Positions 8,505 to 16,304 of a stretch of 17,926 nt of DNA are shown here, one piece after another. This stretch comes from Candidatus Thorarchaeota archaeon (GTDB taxonomy: Archaea > Asgardarchaeota > Thorarchaeia > Thorarchaeales > Thorarchaeaceae): positions 1-17,926 of the forward strand of contig PRDI01000047.1 in assembly GCA_003345595.1 (NCBI GenBank), read 5' to 3'. A model generated the notes under the pieces. The model had not been told where the DNA came from. It did no database searches and was given only the letters and a program-made list of their open reading frames with translations. The position numbers and the translations under genes were made by a program. The stretch's first letter is position 1; the number at the start of each line of letters is the position of its first letter.

Positions 8505-9056
8505 TTGAAGCTCGTGGACCTTGCTCAGGAGTCGATACGTCTGCTTGAGGAGTCCGGTGCCCAAGGTATCCGAAGCGATGTTCTGGCTGAGAAGCTCCAG
8601 AGTCCCAAGCGGAGAGTCTACGACATCGTTGCCATCCTCAAGGCTCTGGGCTTCGTATCTACAAAGCGCAGGTCTGACGGCACCACTTTGACATGGGTAG
8701 ACCCTAGGGCCGGTCTGGTTGAGCGTGCTCAGTATGAGGACCTCAAGGCGAATCTTAGCGAAGCAGTAATGACGAAGAACAAGCTCCAAGACCAAGTCGC
8801 AGAGCTGAATGAGCGACTGCGTGTCGCACGAACCAAGATTCGAAAGGAAACCACGACAGTCGAAACTGTTCGTAAGGCAGAGTTCGATACGACTCAACTT
8901 CGGGTTCGGCCTGTATCCAGCTTGGGGTTCAAGAGGGTGACCGACTCAGGCATGGAAGTAGTCATCGAAACTCAGGATCCGGGAATGACAGTAGATCCTT
9001 CAGTTATGGGAGTCGATGAGGCCGAGGCCGTGATCCGTAACTTGGAGCGCGTATAG
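8505..9056 (+). CDS. E2F/DP-family winged-helix transcription factor-like protein with coiled coil
   Basis: LAEKLQSPKRRVYDIVAILKALGFV...LTW matches the E2F/DP RRxYD signature and is followed by a heptad coiled coil. TTG start preceded by GGGGTGA. Confidence 0.75.
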   Translation: MKLVDLAQESIRLLEESGAQGIRSDVLAEKLQSPKRRVYDIVAILKALGFVSTKRRSDGTTLTWVDPRAGLVERAQYEDLKANLSEAVMTKNKLQDQVAELNERLRVARTKIRKETTTVETVRKAEFDTTQLRVRPVSSLGFKRVTDSGMEVVIETQDPGMTVDPSVMGVDEAEAVIRNLERV

Positions 9057-9062
9057 TCTGTT

Positions 9063-9461
9063 TCACTTCCTCGGTCTTGCGTCATGAGCCGCTCGTATTG
9101 TGACCCTTCCACCACGCCTTATCGTGCTCAGCTTTTCGAGGGTTTCATTGTTCGATGTCACCTTGCCAATCAGATTGACCGGCCCGAAGGTGTGCATGTC
9201 TTTCAAGTATACATCGAGCGAGTCTCCCAAGGGGTTGTACGCCAAGTCCCCCCGTTTGACCTCACTAGTGGCCTTGAGATTTCCCTTGGATATGCCAAGG
9301 GTCATCTTCACCTGCCCGGCTACAACCGCCGCTTTCGCAACGATGGGCAATCGGAATTTGATTTCCTCGACAATCAATGGACCCAATACTCTGTCAATAA
9401 CCGCCGTGAGAGTCAGCCCTCCCTCAAACTCAAGCTCAACGTCCAAGGCACTCTCGCTCAT
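9063..9461 (-). CDS. Cyclophilin-like fold protein (DUF369/TM1367-like)
   Basis: RLPI...SEVKRGDLAYNPLGDSLDVY...PVNLIGKV motif. ATG at 9461 preferred. Confidence 0.8.
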   Translation of the reverse strand: MSESALDVELEFEGGLTLTAVIDRVLGPLIVEEIKFRLPIVAKAAVVAGQVKMTLGISKGNLKATSEVKRGDLAYNPLGDSLDVYLKDMHTFGPVNLIGKVTSNNETLEKLSTIRRGGRVTIRAAHDARPRK

Positions 9462-9569
9462 GAGATCACTATGAGGGGATTGCACAAGCACCTTAAAATG
9501 TGCTGCGCTCCGAATATCTGCATAACCTTAATTGCGGCACGACACGAGTGACACACGGAGTGAACTGGG

Positions 9570-10697
9570 CTGCCCGAAACCAACCTAGACATCGCCTTTG
9601 TGGTAGACACAACAGGCTCAATGAAAGACGACATAGTTGCTGTCAGAGACAATCTCTTCAGCATAGTCGACAAGATAGTGGCACGGACTTCAGGGCTCCG
9701 AATCAGATTCGGGGTTGTGTCCTATCGTGATCATCCACCGCAAGACCATACCTACGTGACACGTGTGTTTGACTTCAGCAGCAAGATCAAGGTAGTGCAT
9801 AAGGAGATATCAGATCTGAACCCTTCCGAAGGTGGGGACACGCCTGAGGCGGTTGCTGACGGTCTGTATGATGCTCGAACAAAACTCTCATGGGAGAAGA
9901 GCTCATACAAGGTCCTTCTTCTAGTGGGGGATGCACCCCCTCATGGAAGAGACTATAACTCACTCGCCGATGACTACTTCCCAAATGGATGTCCAGATGG
10001 ACATGACCCCAAGATAGAGGTCCAAGAGCTGAAGAAGGCGTACGGCAACACAGTTTTCATATTCGTGTGTGGATGCAATCCTCTGGTCGAACCATCTTTC
10101 AGAAGTATAGCAGAGTCTGTGGAAGACGGAAAGTACTATTCGTTGCTGAACGCACCTGAGCTGCCCGACGCGATTCTACGTATACTCGAAGGAGTGAGTG
10201 ACCTCATTGAGGAGGACCGCCGTGTCCTTGCCTACTACGCCTCGCACGATGGTTCCTTTGACTTGGTCGAGGCAGCAACTGAGCTGTCCGTGGCCCTCAG
10301 AGAGCTGAAGACATCATTATCAAGACTGATGGAGCTCGGGCGCATACCTGCGTGGCCGAAGGGTCGACCACTCGCTCCGTCTCAACTAGGTCTATCGGTG
10401 GAACTGGGTGAAGTGCCGAGCGCCCTGTTGCCCGGGAAGGCCTTCAACTACAGGATCAGAGTGAAGAATCCAAGTCCCGCGACCGCAAGTGTCAGGGTTG
10501 TTGTAACACTGGTGACATCCGAAGGAATCTCAGAGGTCGCTAACGAGTCAAGGGAGGTTGGTCCGAAGTCAGATCAACAGATTGAGTTGAAGCTAACACC
10601 AATGTCAGATGTGAAAGAGAAAGCTAGCGTCAGAGTAGAGGTCCTTTATGGGTCCAAGTCAATGGCCACCAGGATCTACGAAACGCGTATCTATTGA
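9570..10697 (+). CDS. vWA-domain protein with intact MIDAS, followed by a winged helix and an Ig-like C-terminal domain
   Basis: LDIAFVVDTTGSM, GVVSYRDH, GGDTPEA, LVGDAPPHG; then FDLVEAATELSVALRELKTSLSRLMELGRI (wHTH); then beta-rich YRIRVKNP...GPKSDQQIELKL. Start inferred at CTG 9570 (in-frame TGA at 9561, GGAGTGA upstream). Confidence 0.8.
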   Translation: MPETNLDIAFVVDTTGSMKDDIVAVRDNLFSIVDKIVARTSGLRIRFGVVSYRDHPPQDHTYVTRVFDFSSKIKVVHKEISDLNPSEGGDTPEAVADGLYDARTKLSWEKSSYKVLLLVGDAPPHGRDYNSLADDYFPNGCPDGHDPKIEVQELKKAYGNTVFIFVCGCNPLVEPSFRSIAESVEDGKYYSLLNAPELPDAILRILEGVSDLIEEDRRVLAYYASHDGSFDLVEAATELSVALRELKTSLSRLMELGRIPAWPKGRPLAPSQLGLSVELGEVPSALLPGKAFNYRIRVKNPSPATASVRVVVTLVTSEGISEVANESREVGPKSDQQIELKLTPMSDVKEKASVRVEVLYGSKSMATRIYETRIY

Positions 10698-10710
10698 GGA
10701 GTGGCTGGCA

Positions 10711-11601
10711 TTGAAGATCAGAGCAATGCGTGGGGGCGACCAGAAGGGGATTTCCTTTCTGAGCCCTTCATCGGGGGCGTCCCTTCTAGGAAACACAGTG
10801 AAGGTCTCATACGCGAACCGGTCCTTGCTCAGTGACATTCGAGCTTCCAAGAGCGTTCCCGAGGAGACAATAGTGCTCGATTCACGGCTCTTTGATGATC
10901 TTCGTCTTGAGGGTGAATCCGAGGTAGAGGTCGAAAAGGTCAATGAGCGTTTGCCGTTTTGTGAAGAGGTTGAGTTGGTGTATTGGGTGTTGGACAGGGT
11001 CGCTTCTGGGATATCGATGCGCTCAGAGGACTTCCGAGCATTCCTCGACGGCCGCATTCTGAAGACCGGTCAGAAATTCGTGCTCCCGGAGCGCGGGGTC
11101 ACGTTTAGGGTTGAACGACTTCGTCCGACCGCTGCTTCAACGCAGGCCGCTCGAGTGGGACGGAAACGGCCTCCTCGAATCGAGGTCCGTTCCGGTGAAG
11201 AAGATCGGTTGTTTCCTGCTCGAGACAAGAGTACCGTGCTTTCTTCTCTTGCCAGCACGGAAGTGCCTGAGAGTGTTGCTGAGGAGAAGGCTGACACTGC
11301 GGATAACCTGTTGCGCCGCTTGGCGGAGGTGAGCCGGGAGCTGGATGAAATCGAGACTCTTGACCTTCAGAGAAGGATTGAAAACCTCGAAGGCCGCATG
11401 TCCTCGTTGACAGGAACAGAGGGAACAGCGGCTTCGGAAACAAGCACTGGACTACGGGACCTGCCAGTTGTCTCCGGAGCACCGTCCAAGAATCTCTATG
11501 TTCGACTTAAAGAGGTAGTTGACCGCCTTGAGTCGCTGTCATCCAGACTGGAGGATTTGGAGCGCCGAATTGAAACTCTAGCTGAGAGGAAGAAGAGGTA
11601 G
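10711..11601 (+). CDS. CDC48/p97 N-domain-like protein with C-terminal coiled coils, no ATPase domain
   Basis: TTG start after GAGGAG gives MKIRAMRGGDQKGISFL, which parallels MKLEIVDGGDLKGYANL of the 16305 protein. ETIVLDSRLFDDLRLEGESEVEV and LDGRILKTGQKF...FRVERLRP are CDC48_N/CDC48_2-like. Two C-terminal heptad segments. Confidence 0.7.
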   Translation: MKIRAMRGGDQKGISFLSPSSGASLLGNTVKVSYANRSLLSDIRASKSVPEETIVLDSRLFDDLRLEGESEVEVEKVNERLPFCEEVELVYWVLDRVASGISMRSEDFRAFLDGRILKTGQKFVLPERGVTFRVERLRPTAASTQAARVGRKRPPRIEVRSGEEDRLFPARDKSTVLSSLASTEVPESVAEEKADTADNLLRRLAEVSRELDEIETLDLQRRIENLEGRMSSLTGTEGTAASETSTGLRDLPVVSGAPSKNLYVRLKEVVDRLESLSSRLEDLERRIETLAERKKR

Positions 11602-11608
11602 GTGTCAT

Positions 11609-11902
11609 ATGCCCTCTAGTGACGAAACACTGCCGGCAATAGTCGAGAGAGCCGAGGAAGTCCTCATAGTCCTCCGGAGTCTGCCTGCCAGAGTCAAGAG
11701 CCTAGAAGAACGACTTGGCATCCTGAATTCGCTGGAAAGGATTCCTCCGCAATCAGGTGTGGACAACAAAAGCCAAGTCGATCGGCCGGGTGTCGAGCAA
11801 ACCGCAAGCCTCTTGGGATTGCTCAGGGGTATGATTGACAGACTAGAACTTGAAACGGAAGCATTGGAGTTGCGGGTCAAGGCACTCGAAGTCAGCGTGT
11901 AA
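11609..11902 (+). CDS. Small protein with two coiled-coil segments
   Basis: Heptads LPARVKSLEERL and LRGMIDRLELETEALELRVKALE. Starts 7 nt after the upstream stop, with GAGGTAGGTG upstream. Confidence 0.7.
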   Translation: MPSSDETLPAIVERAEEVLIVLRSLPARVKSLEERLGILNSLERIPPQSGVDNKSQVDRPGVEQTASLLGLLRGMIDRLELETEALELRVKALEVSV

Positions 11903-11912
11903 CGACTCACGA

Positions 11913-14546
11913 CTACCGGGGTAGGAGTTTCCGTATTGCCGAAAGAAGGTAATCATCGAAGACCTGTGCAGAGAATGACCTGACCGGCACTATGCTGCCA
12001 TTGACGGACCTGAGAAGTCTGCGGGCCTCTCTGTCATCGAAGCCCTCACCAACTCCCAATAAGTCCAGCCGATATCTTTCGTGATCAGAGATGGCCTTAA
12101 GGAAGGGTGCGCTTTCTTCCTCTTGGCCACCCAGTTTGCTTCCTATCAGAACTACCAGTGTTGGTCTGTCTTTGCCGAAGTCTTCAAGAAGCTCTGCTAT
12201 CGAGCGGTAAGCAACAGACACATTGAGTCTTCCACCAACGTCTCGCGCAGCATCGAAGATAGACAACAGAAGTGAGGTCATGACCTCGTGAGATGGCAGG
12301 TCTTCGGCGAATTCGGCCGAAGCTTGGACTGAGTTGCCTTTCTGAATACAGTACTTGTGAGCCTGTTCGGAAACCACAACAAACCCGAGGTGTCCTTCAG
12401 TGCGGTTCACAGCCATCTGACTGATAGTCAGCAAGGAAACTAGCGCGGCCAGTTGTGCCCTCGTGATCTGTGCTTCCAAGCCAGAGAGAAACTCCGTAAG
12501 GTCGGGCATGTTGTCCATGAGTGAGGATAGCCTTCTCCGAACCGAGGCATCCGTTGACAGATTGACATCCTTCACTGCCATACTCTGATCCATGAGCAAA
12601 CACAGTATTACATTGATTTCCTCGAATGCTTCAGCCGGTCTGAAAACCAGTCCTTCGGAAGGGGCCTCACCAAGCTGTCCCGAACTCAACTCTGGTTCTG
12701 TCCGGACCAGATTCATTGTGAACCTCTGTCCTTGTTCTCCGAGGTACAACCTTGTGCCGAAGCCGAATGCACGGCCCGCGAGTGTCTTCTTAATGGAGTC
12801 TTCGTGAAGGTGTATATGCGAGGAAAGCTCCCCGCTCGTCCAAGGGTCTATTGCTTCGTAAGCGAAGATCATCTCTCGTAGATCTGCTACGTGGCCCTCA
12901 TACTTCACTAGGTCGACTGCAGCAGAGCTGTCCAGTCCGACAAGCTGCGCGTCTGGACGCGAAACCATGACTCTCCGAAGCGCTGCATCGCCTTCTGCTG
13001 CTCGTGCTGACCACCACTGGCCGCTGCCGCCTTCTAGGGCAAGAACTGTTTCGCCGTCCGAAACCCCCAAGGCCCTCATATCGTCAGATGAGATCATCAT
13101 GACACCGGGTTTGGTTTCTCGGATATCTACCGCAAAGTGGAGCCCAGATAGAATCTCTTGGGGGTTCCTGACTTGCAGACACTTGAGCACAGAAAGATCG
13201 AACTGGTTCAGGTGAGCCGGTGAATCCAGCACAGGGCCTGAAGAGTTTGTTGATGCCCTGACGAGAGTCGCGTATATGTCGTTCTTCCTTGAGCTGAGGC
13301 TCTCGGCGAATGTGCGCTTCCAGCCGGACACCCTAAGTGTCCCATCCCGCTCCACCAAGACAGCAAGGCTGGTTGCGGCCTTAGCTGATGACTCTCCCAG
13401 CGTCACCACCGCACTGCTCGCGCTGACCGAGCCTTCGTTTGACAGCATGTGGTCGACAGACAGGATATTCTGTCTTCCCTTTGTGCCCAGAAGCATGAGA
13501 ACCCTAGCCAATTCCTTCAGACATAGTCTTCCAAACTGCCCCTCGGATATGACAGTATCATCGTTGTCGACATAGCTCAGGAATGAGGGTCTTGGGGGAA
13601 GAATGGAGAGTAGATTGGTGCCCAGTATTCTCTGCAGGTCCTCCGGAGAAGCGGCCAAGTTCCTACTGAACAGGTAGCTGAGAATTTCCGAGATGCTCTC
13701 CCCTTCGTGTGTTTCGGGATAGGCGCTTGCAAACACGAGTCTAGTGGACCATGACGAATTCTGACCGTTCTTACGAAGATCGGATATGATTGCAGTAAGA
13801 GACGATATGGTTGCTCCACAGGTAAGCAGTCTTGTGTTAGGGATTTCCAGTAGCTGCGTTATCTTGGATCCCCATGTGCTGTGACTCCTGACAGCGAAGA
13901 ATAGGTTGGGACTACTTAGGCCGGTGTCCCTCAGGCCAATCAGCCATCTGAGGAGGGCGTCAGTGTCGTCAGGAGTGTTCAATTCCATGAACAAGGGCAG
14001 ACCGGATTTGATGTATTTCAGGACATCAGAACCGTTCATTCCTCTCATGATGTCCTGCAAATCGGCAGTCGTCAAGGCGCAGCCCCAACCTGGGTTGCTT
14101 CTTCGGCCATTGCGCATGTCTTGAATATGATACAGTCTTGGACTGTACGGCAGTGCGAGTGACCATCTTTGAGTGAGTTCGGAATTCCTGCCCTGCTGTG
14201 AGTCAGGGAGTGATCTTCCTGCAACTGCGATCAGGGGCCTGGCAAAGAACATGTCTACCAGCCAGCTTGCCATCGAAGGATCGAGAGTGCTGGCGCAGAG
14301 CTCGCTCAGGATTACCGGTTTCTTGAGATAGTCGTACACTCTGCGGGGGAGATACCTGAAAGCCCCCGGGTATTGAGTGGCCAAGTCGTGCAGGTGGTCC
14401 TCAACCATCGCAAAGTATGAAAGTGCTCTTCCCGGGTCGAAGACACGGACTTGTGTTCCAGCCTTGACAATGCCTAGCTGGAGCATCGCGTCCACAACGA
14501 AGAACTGCCTGATTTCGTTGCTCGCCGTGTCTTCAACCACTATCAT
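11913..14546 (-). CDS. Large multidomain protein: degenerate amidohydrolase barrel + accessory domain + CDC48-N-like domain + degenerate vWA
   Basis: Colinear similarity to both the 14713 and 16305 proteins, with metal ligands lost. ATG at 14546 follows GGAG and aligns with the start of the 14713 protein; the ORF is open from 14591. Confidence 0.75.
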   Translation of the reverse strand: MIVVEDTASNEIRQFFVVDAMLQLGIVKAGTQVRVFDPGRALSYFAMVEDHLHDLATQYPGAFRYLPRRVYDYLKKPVILSELCASTLDPSMASWLVDMFFARPLIAVAGRSLPDSQQGRNSELTQRWSLALPYSPRLYHIQDMRNGRRSNPGWGCALTTADLQDIMRGMNGSDVLKYIKSGLPLFMELNTPDDTDALLRWLIGLRDTGLSSPNLFFAVRSHSTWGSKITQLLEIPNTRLLTCGATISSLTAIISDLRKNGQNSSWSTRLVFASAYPETHEGESISEILSYLFSRNLAASPEDLQRILGTNLLSILPPRPSFLSYVDNDDTVISEGQFGRLCLKELARVLMLLGTKGRQNILSVDHMLSNEGSVSASSAVVTLGESSAKAATSLAVLVERDGTLRVSGWKRTFAESLSSRKNDIYATLVRASTNSSGPVLDSPAHLNQFDLSVLKCLQVRNPQEILSGLHFAVDIRETKPGVMMISSDDMRALGVSDGETVLALEGGSGQWWSARAAEGDAALRRVMVSRPDAQLVGLDSSAAVDLVKYEGHVADLREMIFAYEAIDPWTSGELSSHIHLHEDSIKKTLAGRAFGFGTRLYLGEQGQRFTMNLVRTEPELSSGQLGEAPSEGLVFRPAEAFEEINVILCLLMDQSMAVKDVNLSTDASVRRRLSSLMDNMPDLTEFLSGLEAQITRAQLAALVSLLTISQMAVNRTEGHLGFVVVSEQAHKYCIQKGNSVQASAEFAEDLPSHEVMTSLLLSIFDAARDVGGRLNVSVAYRSIAELLEDFGKDRPTLVVLIGSKLGGQEEESAPFLKAISDHERYRLDLLGVGEGFDDREARRLLRSVNGSIVPVRSFSAQVFDDYLLSAIRKLLPR

Positions 14547-14712
14547 TGCATCATACTCCGCAAAGGCGGCTGTCGTGGACCAACACACCAATCGATATAT
14601 CCATAGTGCAAATGGACATTATGTCGTGTCACTGACTTGAACTCGTCAGTTGACTGGCATGAGATGGTTTATCACGAGTCGGTACACCCTAGTCTGACGG
14701 AGAAGGACCCAG

Positions 14713-16227
14713 ATGCTAGTTGTCCGAGCTGTGGAAGATCAGCCGTCCCGAGGAATAAGAAGAGGTGACGTCTTCCGCATTTACTTAGTCGATGCACATC
14801 ATCACATGGGTCGCGAAGGCAGTCACAGAAACACTCCTCCAGGTGCCTATTCATATTATGCTCTACTGTGGTTTGAGCTTCGACGCATGGCCAAGGATCA
14901 ATTGGAGAAGGACAGTCTCCTTTTCGAGCCGATACGAGTGGAACCTCCGAGTCTGCCTTGGAAGTGTTTCAGCTTGAGGGACAGCTGGGAGCGAATGAAC
15001 AACGGCTGGCTAGTCGACAGGACGATAGTCTTCCCTTACTCCGATGACTACGCCAAATCAAGCGATCGCACGACTGCTTCGTTTAGACTCTCAAACGACA
15101 AGATAGCAGGTTGGACAACACATGCACCTAACTCAACGAGGCTCATCGGCTTCGCTCGAGTTGACCCTACGGATGGCAAGACCAAGAGCCCAGACGCCGC
15201 TGTCAACGAGCTGAATAGGGCGGTGAATAATCTGGGTTTGCGCGGCCTCAAGCTCCATCCTCTAGCCCAGCTATTCGTAGATGACATTCAGGACGACATC
15301 ACCAAGCGGGTGGTGGTCCGAGCAGGAGAACTCCGGATTCCAGTCATATTCGACACAAGGAACATTCGGACTGCAAGGAAGATCAAAGCTCTGGTTGATG
15401 ACATACGTTCTGATGACTCGTACGCTGATGCTCTGCGCGGCATGCGCATCATCCTCGGCCACTCCGCTATGAGTCCCGGCGATTCACTTCTTCACGAGAT
15501 TATAAGGGATCCATTGATTCACGCGGAAACGTCGGGCTTGCACGGTCAAGACATCCCCGTGTTGTTCAAGACAGCCCAGGAGCGAGTAGGAACAACTAGG
15601 GGTTCGTGGTCTGAGAAGATACTCTTTGGGACTGATTATAGCTTCCTCTCCATGCAGGCCGCGGAAGTGATACTATATCTCCTCTCGAAGTCGTTCTCAG
15701 GGACACTCGCTGACATCCAGCGCATTCTAGGGGGTAACGCTCTCTCGCTTGTGCAGAAACCGTTCACAACAGACGGTCCGAGCGGAGAAGCTCCCAGACA
15801 AGTTGTATTCAACGACGAGGATCATCGAGGTCTCGAAACTCTCGAGTCTCTTATACTGAATCTTGTCCGGAACAGGCAGTGGGACGTTGCGTCATTTGAC
15901 TTCATGATACCGCCCAGAGGAACTTGGCCCGATGTGAGACCACACCCAACCGGCGGTTTCAGTGGCGTCTACGACAACTCCTACATTATCACACTTGTTG
16001 CGAACAAAGGAGCACGTGAGGTTCACATCTGGGTGCGGCAGCAGTCTGGCAAGACCTCGACCTGCGCAATCGTAGGTTCAAGAGCCCAGCACACTCTAGA
16101 CACCACTGAGTTAGCGTTTCAGAGGGTAGATCCCTTCCTGCTCAGTACCTTGGCCGAACACAGCGTCCAGATTGAATCTGCGGACAGGATACAATCAGTG
16201 CTTCTGAGGCTGCTCGAAGTGCCATAG
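14713..16227 (+). CDS. Amidohydrolase-family (Amidohydro_2-like) metallohydrolase with C-terminal extension
   Basis: VDAHHHMG (HxH), RLIGFARVDP, LGLRGLKLHP, IILGHS, KILFGTDY, RILGGNA, plus an extra C-terminal domain of about 155 aa. Confidence 0.85.
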   Translation: MLVVRAVEDQPSRGIRRGDVFRIYLVDAHHHMGREGSHRNTPPGAYSYYALLWFELRRMAKDQLEKDSLLFEPIRVEPPSLPWKCFSLRDSWERMNNGWLVDRTIVFPYSDDYAKSSDRTTASFRLSNDKIAGWTTHAPNSTRLIGFARVDPTDGKTKSPDAAVNELNRAVNNLGLRGLKLHPLAQLFVDDIQDDITKRVVVRAGELRIPVIFDTRNIRTARKIKALVDDIRSDDSYADALRGMRIILGHSAMSPGDSLLHEIIRDPLIHAETSGLHGQDIPVLFKTAQERVGTTRGSWSEKILFGTDYSFLSMQAAEVILYLLSKSFSGTLADIQRILGGNALSLVQKPFTTDGPSGEAPRQVVFNDEDHRGLETLESLILNLVRNRQWDVASFDFMIPPRGTWPDVRPHPTGGFSGVYDNSYIITLVANKGAREVHIWVRQQSGKTSTCAIVGSRAQHTLDTTELAFQRVDPFLLSTLAEHSVQIESADRIQSVLLRLLEVP

Positions 16228-16239
16228 CGCGTGAAATCG

Positions 16240-16246
16240 TTTATAT
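16240..16246 (+). promoter_or_regulatory. Putative BRE/TATA promoter for the CDC48N-vWA gene
   Basis: GTGAAATCG-TTTATAT in the 16228-16304 gap, with GGAGG downstream. Confidence 0.5.
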
Positions 16247-16304
16247 CAACTCGGTCAGACGGAATCCTACTGCTCTCTCGGAGGAATACACCATTACAAA
16301 GAAG

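Noticed and set aside
10711-11601. A true CDC48/VAT AAA ATPase
   Set aside because: No Walker A/B motifs; only the N-domain-like region and coiled coils are present.
11913-14591. Large gene as a pseudogene
   Set aside because: The frame is uninterrupted for about 880 codons and has an SD-like signal. Loss of similarity is concentrated at catalytic residues, which fits a pseudoenzyme better.
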